In this document: positions 35,878 through 48,700 of the stretch, in pieces
How the letters are laid out: each line of letters starts with the position of its first letter
Numbering within the stretch: the first letter of the stretch is position 1
DNA from: Squalus acanthias
Taxonomy: Eukaryota
Length of the DNA stretch: 64,000 nt
NCBI GenBank assembly: GCA_030390025.1
Contig: CM059433.1
Span: 24,430,001-24,494,000 of the forward strand
Direction: 5' to 3'
The notes under the pieces: model-generated
What the model saw: the letters and a program-made list of their open reading frames with translations, nothing else
Databases searched by the model: none
Told to the model about the DNA's origin: nothing
Position numbers and translations under genes: made by a program

Positions 35878-36995
35878 TGGCCCAGATTTTGCTGGAGTGG
35901 GGCATTTAGGTTTTAAAAAATTTTGCCCACAAAGTTGCTGGATGTGTGAGCTGATAATGAGGGCAACAGGGAATCTGGGACCTTGATGAACAATGGGACA
36001 AACAATGTATCTCCTTAACCAATGAGATTTAAGGATTGAGAAATAAACAGAGGAAGGACTGACAAGGAGGGTGAATTCAATGTCGAATTAGGTACAGAAA
36101 GAGAAATAAAGAGGGAAAGAAACATTGGATTAAGAGAGAGAGAAAAAAAAATAGAAAGGAAAAGTAACAAAATAGGTAAAAATTTCAAATTTGATTTTTT
36201 AAATCAATTCACAACCTGAAGGAATGAGACTCTGCACTTAAAATTGTTCACTTTCTGGGCAAAAGAGGTTAATTGGCAGTCATTAACAGTGACCTTGTTG
36301 TTAAAAGGGTACTTACGCTGTTAATTATCGTTAATGGGATGTGATCGTCGCTGGCAAAGCCAGCATTTATTGCCCATTCCTAATTGTCCTTGATAAGATG
36401 GTGGTGAGCCGCCTTATACAACTGAGAGACTTGCTCGGCCTATTTCAGAGGGCGGTTAAGTATCAACCACATTGCTGTGGGTTTGGAGTCACATATAGGC
36501 CAGACCAGGCAAGGACGGCAGATTTCCTTCCCTGAAGGACACTAATGAACCAGATGGATTGTTACAACAATCCAGTAGTTTCATGGTCACCCATTACTGA
36601 TACCAGCTTTTTATTCCAGATGTATTTAATTAACTGAATTTAAATTCCACAGCTACCATGGTGGGATTTGAACTCATGTTGCCAGATCATTAGTCCAGGC
36701 CTCTGGATTACTAGTAGTCCAGTAACATAACCACTATGCTACCATACCCATCACTAGACTTATTACCAGACTTAACTTTATGTGGCGAGTGTAGTAATCC
36801 ATTAATATGCAAATGCAACAACTTCATGAAAATCATAGGGAGCTTAAGCATGAGATGCCGTTTTCACAAAGCTAATGGTGGAACGGCACAAATTGGCCAG
36901 CAACTTGTGCGATTTGCAATTCACAGGATATTTCATCCTCTCTACAAGTTGTTGGCCGATTTGCGCGTTAATAATAGCGTGCATCATTTAGATCA
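35878..36995. mobile_element. MITE-like element (Harbinger-type left end) hosting a SINE
   Basis: Begins GGCCCAGATTTTGC, resembling the other MITE termini here; right end not resolved. Confidence 0.4.
36334..36750 (-). mobile_element. tRNA-derived SINE sharing its 3' tail with the LINE at 32050-34242
   Basis: Head GGTAGCATAGTGGTT...GAGTTCAAATCC (A/B boxes); tail matches 34146-34225. Confidence 0.8.
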
Positions 36996-36999
36996 ATAT

Positions 37000-38365
37000 T
37001 CCTCCAAGCTGCGTGGCCAGGTAGCTGTGGGAGTCAGTGGGCTTATAGTGAATGTTTGTCGATAGTCTATCCCCAGAGATGGAGACAGAGAAGTCGAGGA
37101 AGGGAAGGGAAGAGTCGTAGATGGACCACGTGAAGGTGAGCTACACTTCCTCCCACCCTGCTTCCTGTAAGGACTCGATTCCATTCTCCCAATTTCTCTG
37201 TCTCCGCCGCATCTGCTCTGACGATGCCACCTTCCATACTAGTGCTTCTGACATGTCTTCCTTTTTCTTCAACCGAGGATTCATAGAAACATAGAAACTA
37301 GGAGCAGGAGTAGGCCATTCGGCCCGTCGAGCCTGCTCCACCATTCAATACGATCATGGCTGATCATCCAAATCCAGTACCCTGTCCCTGCTCTCTCCCA
37401 CAGAATCCCCATCGAGCCTGCACCGACACATATCCCACCCTATCCCCGTAACTCCACGTATTTAATTCCCCCTAACATATCCCATCCTATCCCCGTAACC
37501 CCACGTATTTAATCCCCCTAACACTAAGGGTCAATTTATCATAGCCAAATCAACCTAACCCGCACATCTTTGGACTGTGGGAGGAAACCGGAGCACCCGG
37601 AGGAAACCCACGCAGACATGGGGAGAATGTGCAAACTCCACACAGACAGTCACCCGAGGCCGGATTCGAACCCAGGTCCCTGGCGCTGTGAGGCAACAGT
37701 GCTAACCACTATGCCACCGTGTTGCCCTATTCGCTGCTCACGATGCAGTCTTCTCTACATTAGGGAGGCCAAACGCAGATTGGGTGACCGCTTTGCAGAA
37801 CACCTCCGTTCTGTCCGTAAGGGTGACCCCCAAGCATCCGGTCGCCTGTCACTTTAATTCTCTGCTCCAATCCCACTTTGACCTCTCCATCCTCAGCCTC
37901 CTACACTGTTCCAATGAAGCTCAACGTAAGCTCGAGGAACAGCACCTCATCTTTCGATTAGGCACTTTACAACCTTCTGGACTCAACATCGAGTTCAACA
38001 ATTTCAGACCATAACCTCTGCCCCTATCTTTTTTTCATTTTTTTTTGCTCTCTGTCGATCATTTTGCCATTGCCGTTTACACTTCATCTAGAGTCATCAT
38101 TTGTTTCTTAACTTGTCCCATTACCATCTCCTTGCACCATCATCCCTTTTGTCTCTTAACCTCTCCTGCCTTCCATCCTATCACAGACCTTCCCTTTTGT
38201 TTTTTCCTCCCCTCTCCCCACCCCTACACTTGCTTAAAAACCTGTTCCATCTCCAATTTTTTCCAGTTCTGACGAAGGGTCATCGGCCTGAAATGTTAAC
38301 TCTGTTTCTCTCTCCACAGATGTTGCCTGACCTGCTGAGTATCTCCAGCATTTTCTGTTTTTAGT
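37000..38365 (+). mobile_element. Penelope-like element fragment with 5' inversion, interrupted by a SINE
   Basis: YTSSHPASCKDSIPFSQFL at 37142; GIY-YIG remnant IRCSRCSLLYIREAKRRLGDRFAEH...LEEQHLIFRLGTLQPSGLN; terminal hammerhead-like motif. Confidence 0.8.
37281..37727 (-). mobile_element. HE1-type V-SINE with CR1-type 3' tail
   Basis: tRNA head GGTGGCATAGTGGTT...GGTTCGAATCC; V-domain GTGGAGTTTGCACATTCTCCCC..GGTTTCCTCCGGGTGCTCCGGTTTCCTCCCAC; (TTTCTATG)n tail. Confidence 0.85.
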
Positions 38366-39699
38366 CCTCTTTAACTAACCAGTTTTCATCTCTTCACTTG
38401 AGGGAGTCTTTTTTTTTAAACTTATTTCTTAACCCTGTTAGAGAAATACCATAATAATTTGCATGATTCCTATCAGTGAAAAAGAAAACTATGTTTGCTT
38501 CCTTTCAACAAATTGAACTTTAATGTTGACAGAAGCATAGCAATGGACTACAGTAGACTGTACATTACACTTATTCACAGCAAAAAAAAGCCATTTTACA
38601 CATCCTGTTGAAATCCCTGACCTCTCAAAGTAACATTTATAATGCTGCCCCAGAGACATTTGTTTGTACTAAACTACAAAAGATATGGGTAATTTTACCG
38701 TCTGGTAATTGGACAGTTGTAACTTCTACCCACTCCCCAAATGCTCTAATTTTTCCTTAATGCTAGATGTAAAATTTTAACATGGAGAGGTACCACATGT
38801 TACTGGTATACAGCAATTAGGTTTTTTTATTTTGCACAAAACAAGTTGCCCATCTGGAGCTCTTACACTGAGGTGACTTGTTGATGCATCTGTCAATTCA
38901 TGAGAGACAGCAAGTGTTTGTGAAAGAGGGCAAATTGACATTTTGCCAGTAATGTATGTATAGGACTCCAGTCAGATGGTAACATAGCTTAGCACTGACA
39001 ATAACACTACTCCCAGTTATAAGGAATCAGAACCTGTCAAAACATACAATGGGCACACCCAATAAATCAGAGCAAAATACAACTAATTCGTAAAGCTATA
39101 TCTTCGGCTGGGATTTAAAAAAGGACAAGGTATGAATGAGCTGAGTCCAAATACCCAGAGAGTTGGAATATTGGTTTTCTATTAGTTATGGGTTGTGCTT
39201 TGTAAACAGTGAAAAATTGGGTATTTAGATGGTGTGATGGGACATAAATTTGACAGTTATAAAGTATAAAACCTTTAAAAAAGAAAGCTAGAGAAACTTG
39301 ATGGCTGTGCACTCAACTGATAAAACATGTACATTATGATACACTGGGAAGAGATGGCATTATGCCAATGCTTTTTTGTATTATTCCATATAGAAGAGTA
39401 GAACCATTATTGAAACATTTCTGTCTCACTATACAAATACTTTCGGTGAATTGTAATCTTTCACTCGGGTTGAGCAAGTTGGGTCATATGCCTGACTTGG
39501 GGGGACTCAATTTTGACTTGAAGAATGCCTGGCTAATCCCCTACCACATCAAACATTTGGTATCATTTATTTTCTAAAATAAAAGTTTCCTTCAGTAAAC
39601 AAATGATTTTTTACTTGTATTAATGACCAAATCTATATCTTCTGTAACATTTATCTTGTTTGTATTATCCTTGCCAGTTTTTTTCCCTCTGAAAACGTT

Positions 39700-40070
39700 G
39701 GCTCTTTGCTGGGGTAATGTTCCACAGCCACTAACACATCTCTGGTTAGTTGTCCAAGTGGCCTCTCTTCACGTGTAAGCATCAGTGGTGAGTGGAAACA
39801 AGGTGTCAGATTGTGGACAATAGCATATTTGAACCTCATTCTGTCCTCATCAGACACCCACACAAGCACATTTCCAGCAGGTGCTACTGGATAATGAAAT
39901 CAGGAGCGGGATATTTCTCCTACTTCAAACCCAGAGGAGTTGAGGCCAAATGTAGTACTGACGATGCTGCCCCAGCTGAGATTAGTTAACTCGACATAGA
40001 TTGTAGATCAAACATGGGACCTTCCTGATCTGCTGTTCACTGGATAAACTTCCTGAGCCACCAGGGGAGT
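39700..40070 (-). mobile_element. Ancient SINE, AmnSINE2-like
   Basis: Reverse strand CAGGAAGGTCCC...ATCTCAGCTGGGGC...TTGGCCTCA...CCCGCTCCTGAT...TATCCAGT..CCTGCTGGAAA resembles the recalled consensus. Confidence 0.45.
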
Positions 40071-40364
40071 GTGCCAAGATATTTGCAGAATACAGAAGAG
40101 GAGTCAAGAGCAAGTGTAATATTCAGTTAGATGGCAGGGGAATAACTGAACCCAGGCAAGGGGAGGAGGCAGATAGGAGATGGAGCCGAAGAGAAAGGAG
40201 GGGTGGGAGAGAGCAGAGGGGGAGAGGTAAGGAAGAAGAAAGCAGGTTGGGGACAAAAAAAACCCAAAGTGCCACAAAGCTACAGAACTCAGGGCAGAGA
40301 ACCTTTGAACAGATTTTTGAAGCAGTCGGGGTGGGGGATGGCAAGGGATGCACCGACTTACTGT

Positions 40365-40925
40365 AGAAGCTTACAGCTCATCGTGCCTGTGCTGGCTCAT
40401 TGAAAGAACTATTCAGTTAGTCCCACTTCTCTGCTCTTTCCCCATATTCCTAAAAATGTTTCCTTTTCAAGTGTATATACAATCTCCTATGAAAGTTACT
40501 GTTGAATCTACTTCCACCATCCCTTCAGGCGGTGCATTCCAGATCATAACTCGCTGCGTAAAAAAAAATCTTCTCGTCTCCCCTCTAGTGCTTTTGGCAA
40601 GTATCTTAAATCTTCGACCTGAAACGTTAACTCTGTTTCTCTCTCCACGGATCTTGCCTGGCCTGCTGAGTTCTTCCAGCGTTTTCTGTTGTTTCAATTT
40701 TCCAGCATCCAGTATTTTGCTATCTTAAATCTGTGTCCTGGTTATCGATGCTCCTGCCAGTGGAAACAGTTTCTCCCCATCTACTCGGTCAGGATCCCTT
40801 GATAATTTTGATCTCCCCTTAACCTTCTCTGCTCGAAGGAGATCAATCCCAGCTTCTCTAATCTCCCCATATAATTCAAGTCCGTCATCCCTGGTACCAT
40901 TCTAGTAAATCACCTCTCCAAGGAC
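40365..40925 (-). mobile_element. CR1 3' fragment containing a 107-bp Penelope terminal insert (40614-40720)
   Basis: FFFTQRVMIWNAPPE peptide; insert flanked by 12-bp TSD TATCTTAAATCT (40602-40613, 40721-40732). Confidence 0.8.
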
Positions 40926-41266
40926 TTGCTGTTATTTATTTATAGCAGCGGGGACTCCAGGGCTCAAGAGCACTTTCAAAAATAAATTTATGCTGCACAG
41001 AGGTACAGACCAAAGGGAAAGCTACTCTTAGTTTTAACTGAACGAAACACATTTAAACTGAGGAGTATTAAAAATGCCTGTAAACTGGAACTGTGTGCAG
41101 GGGATGCCTGAGTTTTGAAAAGAGCAGAGTCCAGAATCTGCCATGAGTGTTGAGGGGAAGGCAACAGCGCCACCAATGGGGAAAATACATATTGCACCCG
41201 TTAGTGAGTTACGGCGAGCGTCTCCCTCGCACCTCCCACTTTGGGAACCTCTGCTCCACTGTTTAC

Positions 41267-41495
41267 GATGCGGAGATGCCGGTGTTGGACTGGGGTGGAC
41301 AAAAATGAGAAGTCGCACAACACCAGGTTATAGTCCAACAGTTTTATTTGAAATTACGAGCTTTCGGAGCTCTGCTCCTTCGTCAGGTGCAGTGAGGGAG
41401 GGCCCTCACTGTACCTGACGAAGGAGCAGAGCTCCGAAAGCTCGTAATTTCAAATAAAACTGTTGGACTATAACCTGGTGTTGTGCGACTTCTCA
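41267..41495. mobile_element. Palindromic Penelope-type insert (93-bp arms) with two hammerhead cores
   Basis: Arms 41306-41398 / 41403-41495 with one mismatch; flanking repeat CACTGTTTAC (41257-41266, 41494-41503). Confidence 0.85.
41412..41446 (+). ncRNA. Minimal type I hammerhead ribozyme motif (mirror copy on minus strand at ~41355-41389)
   Basis: TAC-CTGACGA-A-GGAGC-AGA-GCTCC-GAAA-GCTC-GTA. Confidence 0.7.
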
Positions 41496-44494
41496 CTGTT
41501 TACACTACAGGGTGGGAGGATTTGTAGGGACCAGAATTTGGCTTGCGGGGGGGGGGCGGGGCGGCAGGAAACTTTGTTGGTCAGGATTACGTTCTGAATG
41601 TTCTGTATGCAGCTTCTCAGACATCAAGTCTTCGAGTAAAGTGGTTGCAATTTGAGAGTTTTGAATGGCTTTTTCTGGTAGAAGGACAGCGCACGCTTCA
41701 GTCTTTTGAGTGCAACTATACTAGGAACATTTCTGGTGGTGGGCCGGGGTGGGGGAGGTGAATTCCTTGGGGCAGTGCATTGAATTACAGGTGCTGGGTT
41801 CTGAGTGACAATTTACATATCCCTTCTGTCTATTGTTTTCTCTGTTCTGCCACGGTACAGAGACTACAGGCAGTAAAGATTACTTTTCACAGGCATTTAT
41901 CTTCAGTCATAATAGAAAGAGTGTATACAGTAATCAGACACATAACTACAGAAGCTTGGGGAATGCCGTATATATTTGAAACTGAATGCTTGTGCTGCAT
42001 AGATATTTCCAGTGCTTTTCAAACCTAATTACTGCAAACTAATGGAGGAAGTCAGAGAGAGTAATGGTTACTTTTAAATAAATTCTATTAAGCAAAAAAA
42101 ATCATCTTATTCAAACTGCCTTGATGGAGAAGTTCAGGCTTGGTGCAGTGGACTGTCATAGTAACTGTATTTAATGGGTCACATAATGTGATCAACACAG
42201 TGCCTCCAGGCGCAATGTCAGTGGAATCTTATAGCCACACACTGGGGCCTACATTCCTTAGCACTTCAAACTGGGCATGATTCCAGCGGTGCGCAGCGAC
42301 AGCCTGCTGAGACAGAGAGGCCAGAGGACCGAAGTAAATCCATCCTCGGGCCTCATCACAATAAATCAGGTGCTGATGCAGCTCGTTGGCAGGGCCTTAC
42401 AAATGTTGTCCTGTGCAGCGGCTCTGAGATAAGTCCTGGGGCGGGGGGCAGGGTCGGTGAAGGTGATAGGTATTGGGGGCGAAGGCGGGCAGATAGCAGC
42501 CCGCAGTTTTGTGGAGCTAGGAGGAGCACTCTTGCTCCTTCTGACTCGATGAAATGCTAAAACTTTTCCAGATTTTTGGGCCTTTTTTGAGTGCTGGTCT
42601 GAAATGAGCACAGTAGCCGCATTTCAATTATTTCAGGCAGCTACTAGGGCCACCTAAAAGAAGCCCCGACCAATTTAACAATGGCCCAAACTCGTGCAGA
42701 TCAGGCATGGGTCTGTGCGCTGCCACATTGGTTATTGTTGCAACCGTTTTAGGCCCATAAAATGGGCGGTGATAAATTTAGACACCACTGGTTTTTAATA
42801 TCGAATAAATACATTCTATTTATATTGCATACCCTTTTCCTGACCTTATTTGTGTTCATTAGTATTCCTAGAGATTTGTTAAGATTACATCCTAACTTAA
42901 TGCATCCGAAAAGGTGTGCTAGGAGTCATGCCTCTCTAGATCAGAGGTACATTTAAACAATAGGTATCCTTTTGGGTGATCGAAGCAATATGTTGAAAAT
43001 TGAAATGCATACAGTATTTTCCCCACCGCCGGATTCATATCACAAAGTTTTATACCTTTTTTATGACTGAGCATGAATGCAGCACTTATAGCCCAAGGAC
43101 TTAGTAAAATATAAGGAACAGGTATACAATTAGTTGGAATAAAAGGGCATAGATTTTTAAATTGAAAATATTCAAAACTGAAAGTAGAGGATTTCACACA
43201 GGGGGAAGGGAGAGAACATCGGGGGCTGGAGGAGGTTGGGGGGGGGGGGGGAAGGTAAGTGAGAGAATATCGGGGATCGGGGCGGAGGGAGAGAGCATCG
43301 GTTTGGGGGGTGGGAGGCCGGGAAGGTGTTTGGAGATCTCATGTGGGGGGTGGGGGGGTGGGTAGGCCTGGAAGGCGATCGGAGGCCTCGTGGGGGGTCT
43401 CCGATTGCAGTGCGGGGGAGGGATGGTGGGTTAGGCAGGGACACTAGATCCTGGAGGTAAGTGTAAAGGAACTTACTTCCTGGATCCAGCAGTCCTCACC
43501 TTCCATTAGCGGTTGGGTTTCCAGAGGCCAGCAAAACCTGACTCGCCACAGTTAAATTTGAAATGCAGGTTAAATCTGAGGCACGCCAGCCTCATTATAA
43601 TATTTAAATGGACAACCTGCCTCCTGGGAGCGGGTTGGCTGCCCGCCCCCCATCCCACCTCTATTAAAACCGGAAGTGGGCGGGTTGGAGTTGGGATTCA
43701 GACTTTTAACACTTTAACTTCCCACCTGACCCCAACCCACCTGTCTTTTGTTAATTTAATATTTTTTATTTATTTCTAAAGGAATGGAATGACTTGACCT
43801 CGGGATACATCAAGTGGCCTTGTTTGCTTTGGTAGCTGCTGAGTGTGACTTTTGTTATGTGATCACAGCAATCAACATTGAGAAATGTTAGGAATGTGCT
43901 ATTTAATCACAAACCTTTTTAAACATGCATCTCAGTTTATGTTCCAGAATGAAAGGTTACAGTTTTTAAACCAAAATAATTGAGTTTCTCTCCTAATTAG
44001 TGCGACCAGTTTATGTGAGGATGTTGAAGAGATTCTGTGGGATATTGGGCATTAAGCCTGGGGCTAGATTTAAAAGTACCTTAATGTTTCTAGGTTAAGA
44101 TGAGTCTATTTCTGAAATAGTCAATAGGCATTTATGGACATTTGTAACCTTGGGCATTATAGGAAGTAGGTTTCAATGTAGGATGTATTATCTATTTTAT
44201 TTTTGAGGGTTTTTCAGTTTAGCTTTATCTCCGTTTATATGTTGCTGTAGTTGTATTTTGAATGGAGAAGAATAACAGCTGCAGTGCAATACTTGGCCCT
44301 GTAGCACAATCGGAAAGGTGGAAAATAGCCATTTAAAGAATAAGCTTCAACACATTGGATGTGACTTGAAGTGATAAAACCATTGTATAAATTATTTCAG
44401 ATTACAGGAGTAAATAAATGAATGTATTCCTCAGCACAAAATATGTTGTATTTGTTTGTGTGACTGAAGTGACCAAATAAACAATTGAATGATA

Positions 44495-45325
44495 ACAGAA
44501 AACGCTGGAAAAACTCAGCAGGCGAGGCAGCATCCGTGGAGAGAGAAACAGAGTTAACGTTTCAGGTCGAAGACCTTTCGTCAGAACTGGAAATAGCAGG
44601 AAATGAAATAGATTTAAGGCAAGGATAAAGCTGGGAAAAGGGGGGAGGGGATGAAAGCCAAAAGGAGAGATTAAGAGACATTAAGAGATGATCAAGGCAA
44701 GAGGTGGAGTTAATGTGACAGGTTGAGGCTAAAAGAAGTGTGAAATGCACTGGCAGAATGAAGCACAGCTGCCAGCTTCTAGGAGGGAAAAAAGGGGGGG
44801 GGGGGGCAAACAAAAGGGTGGATGAAAAAATAAAATGTGATTGGGGCTGAGGTTATGATCTAAAATTGTTGAACTCGATATTGAGTCCAGAGGGCTGTAG
44901 CGTGCCTAAACGAAAGATGAGGTGCTGTTCCTCGAGCTTGCGCTGCGCTTCCGTGGAACAGTGTAATAGGCCGAGGACGGTGAGGTCAGAGTGGGAGTGA
45001 AGCGGTGAATTAAAGTGACAGGCGACCGGGAGCTCGGGGTCCCCCTTACGGACTGAATGGCGGTGTTCCGCAAAGCAGTCACCCAATCTGCGTTTGGTCT
45101 CCCCAATGTAGAGGAGACCACATCGTGAGCAGCGAATACAGTATACTAAATTGCAGGAAGTACAAGTAAATCGCTGTTTCACCTGGAAGGGGTGTTTGGG
45201 GCCCTGGACAGTGGGAAGAGGGGAGGTATAAGGGCATGTGTTGCATCTCCTGCGCTTCTTTCATCCCCTCCCCCTTTTCTCAGCTTTATCCTTGCCCTAA
45301 ATCTATTTCATTTCCTGCTAACTCT
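44495..45325 (-). mobile_element. Penelope-like element 3' part (GIY-YIG endonuclease) with inverted terminal duplication
   Basis: ORF 45182..44853 NLVYCIRCSRCGLLYIGETKRRL...EH. 45258-45320 is an inverted copy of ~44594-44656. Hammerhead core at 44552-44588. Confidence 0.9.
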
Positions 45326-45811
45326 GACTTTTTATGTAACCTGCCTTCCACTTTTTCCAACCTTGGTCATGACCTACATAATGGGCCTTAGACCTTCACC
45401 TAGGTTTATTAACAAAAAAAGTGAGTTTGGCAGTTTACCTGCTGAAACTGATAAACATTGATCTGTGAAGGCAACAAGAATGCAATATGCAATGGCCGTT
45501 TTGCTTGGAAATATCCATAAAATATCATACAATAATCATAAGCCTCTTCAATTGGTGTTCCGTTAACAAAAATGCTGGTCAAAATTCTTATTAGTTTTGT
45601 TTGTTGGAGGACAATGGCCCATTCATCTATATAAAAATAAGTTGATCAACCTAATGTTGAATGATGTTTATTGATACATCTTTGTCACAACACAGATGGT
45701 CTGTTTTACAGCTTTTGTAGTTTATATTTTTGCCAAGTTATTAAATTGTTCAGCTGATTGTCATTTATTGAACAGGGTCACTGGAAATCAATAAATGGAA
45801 AATTTCTAAGA

Positions 45812-48700
45812 ACATCAACAATAACTTGTATTTGTATAGCTCCTTTAACGTAGTAAAATGTCCCAAGGCATTTCACAAAAGCGTTATAAAACAAAATTTG
45901 ACACTGAACCACATTAAGGAGAAATTAGGGCAGGTGACCAAAAGCTTGGTCAAAGAGGTAGGTTTAAAGGAGCGTCTTAAAGGAAGAAAGAGAGGCGGAG
46001 AGGTTTAGGGAGGGAATTCCAGAGCTTAGGGCCTTGGCAGCTGAAGGCACGGCCACCAATGGTTGAGTGATTAAAATGTGCAAGAGGCCAGAATTAGAGG
46101 AGCGCAGATATCTCGGGGGGGGGGGGTTGTGGGGCTGGAGGAGATTACAGAGATAGGGACGGGTGAGGCCTTGGAGGGATTTGAAAACAAGGATGAGAAT
46201 TTTAAAATCGAGGCGTTGCTTAACCGGGAACCAATGTAGGTCAGTGAGCACAGGGGGTGATGGGTGAACGGGAATTGGTGCAAGTTAGGACACAGGCCGC
46301 AGAGTTTTGGATGACCTCAAGTTTACGTAGGGTAGAACGTGGGAGACCAGCCAGGAGTGCATTGAAATAGGCAAGTCTGGAGGTAACAAAGGCATGGATG
46401 AGGGTTTCAGCAGCAGATGCGCTGAGTCAGGGGAGGAGTTGGGCGATGTTACGGAGGTGGAAATAGGCGGTCTTAGTTATGGCGCAGATATATGGTCGGA
46501 AGCTCATTCCAGAGTCAAATATGGCACCAAGGTTGCTTACAGTCTGGTTCAGCCTCAGACAGATGCTAGGGAGAGGGATGGAGTTGGTGGTTTGGGAACG
46601 GAGTTTGTAGCGGGGACCAAAGACAATGGCTTATTTAGTTGGAGGATATTTCTGCTCATCCAGTACTGGATGACAGAAAGCAGTCTGACAATTTACAGAC
46701 ATTGGAGGGGTCGAGAGAAGTAGTGGTGAGGTAGAGCTGGGTATCGTCAGTGTACATGTGGAAACTGATGCTGTATTTTCGGATGACCTCATTACATTTT
46801 TTGAAGAGGTAGCAGAGAGAGTAGACAAGGGTAATTGCAGTAGATGTAATTTATCTAGATTTTCACAAGACCTTCGATAAGGTACCACATAATAGACAAA
46901 TGAATAAGGTCCGAGCATGCGGAGTTAGGGGACAAGTAGCAGAATGGATTGCTGGCTGGCTTCAAGACAGAAAACAGAGAGTGGGGTAAAGGGTAGCTAT
47001 TCACAGTGGCAGAAAGTGGGAAGTGGTGTTCCACAAGGATCAGTGCTGGGACCACTGCTGTTCACAATTTATATTAACGATTTAGACTTTGGAATCAAAA
47101 ATACAATTTCTAAATTTGCAAATGAGGTGGGGGGGGGGATCGTCAATACTGAGGAGGACTGCAACAAATTACAAGACATTAATAAACTTGAAGAATGGGC
47201 ATATAATTGGCAAATGAAATTCAACAGATAAATGTGAGGTATTACATTTTGATAAGAAAAATAGGGAGGTCACATATTACTTGGAAAATACAAATCTAAG
47301 TGGGGTAGAAAGCAAAGGGAGTACAAATACACAAATCACTAAAAGTAGCGATGCAGGTTAACAAAGCCATAAAAAAAGCAAACCAAGCACTAGGGTTTAT
47401 TTCTAGAGGGATTGAATTGAAAAGAAGTTATGCTAAACTTGTATCGAACCTTGGTTAGACCACACTTGGCGTACTGTGTACAATTCTGGTTGCCATGTTA
47501 TAAAAAGGATATAGAGGCACTGGAGAGGGGGCAAAAAAGATTTACAAGGATGATACCAGAAATGTGAGGGTACACCTATCAGGAAAGGATGAACAGGTTG
47601 GGTCTCTTTCCTCTTGAAAAGAGAAAGCTGAGGGGTGACCTAATAGAGGTCCTCAAAATGATGAATGGTTTTGACAGAGTAGATACAGAGAAAGTGTTTC
47701 CACTTGTGGGGAAGAGCAAAACTAGAGGCCATCAATATAAGATAGTCACCAAGAAATCAAATAGGGAATTCAGAAAGAACTTCTTTACCCAGAGAGTGGT
47801 GAGAATGTGGAACATGCTACCACAGGGAGTCGTTGAAGTGAATAGCATAGAGTTTAAGGGGAGGCTAGACAAGCATATGAGGGAAAATGGAATAGAGGGT
47901 TATGCTGATAGAGTTAGATGAGGAAAGACAGGAGGAGGCTCAAGTGGAGCATAAACGCCGGCATGGACTGGTTGGGCCGAATGGCCTGTTTCTGTGCTGT
48001 ATTGTATGTGATGTCACCGAGGGGCAGCATGTAGATGAGAAATAGGAGGGGGCCAAGGATCGATCCTTGGGAGACACCAGAGGTAACGATGCGGGAGCAA
48101 GAAGAGAAGCCATTGCAGGTGATTCTCTGGCTACGATTAGATAGATAAGAATGGCAGCAGGCGAGTGCAGTTCTACCCAGCTGGACAACGATGGAGAGGC
48201 GTTGGAAGAGGATGGAGTGGTCAACCTTGTCAAAGGCTGCAGACAGGTCGAGAAGGACGAGGAGAGATAGATTACCTTTGTCACAGTCACATAGGATTTC
48301 ATTTGTGACTTTGAGAAGAGCTGCTTCGGTACTGTGGCGGGGCAGAAACCTGATTGGAGGGATTCAAAGATGACGCTCGGGAAAGATGGGCACGGATTTG
48401 GGAGGTGACAACACGTCCAAGGACTTCAGAAAGGAAAGGGAGCTAGCAGATGGGACGGTAGTTTGCAAGGACGGAGGGGTCAAGGGTTGTTTTTTTAAGG
48501 GGAGGGGTGATGACGACAGATTTGAAGGAGCATGGGGACAGTACCTGAGGAGAAAGAACGGGGGACAGTACCTGAGGAGAAAGAACGGTTAACAATATCA
48601 GCGAAGACGGAAGCCAGAAAAGGAAGTTGGGTGGTCAGCAGTTTAGTGGAAATAGGGTCGAGGGAGCAGGGACTGGGTCTCATGGACAAGATGAGCTCAC
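45812..48700 (-). mobile_element. L2-type LINE interrupted by a CR1 fragment
   Basis: LTDLHWFPVKQRLDFKILILVFKSL; RT-region sequence resumes at ~48010. Confidence 0.8.
46787..48010 (+). mobile_element. CR1-clade LINE 3' fragment
   Basis: [33 protein letters not shown]. Confidence 0.85.

Noticed and set aside
37660..37727. tRNA gene
   Set aside because: tRNA-derived SINE head continuous with the V-domain body; the same applies to 36660-36750.
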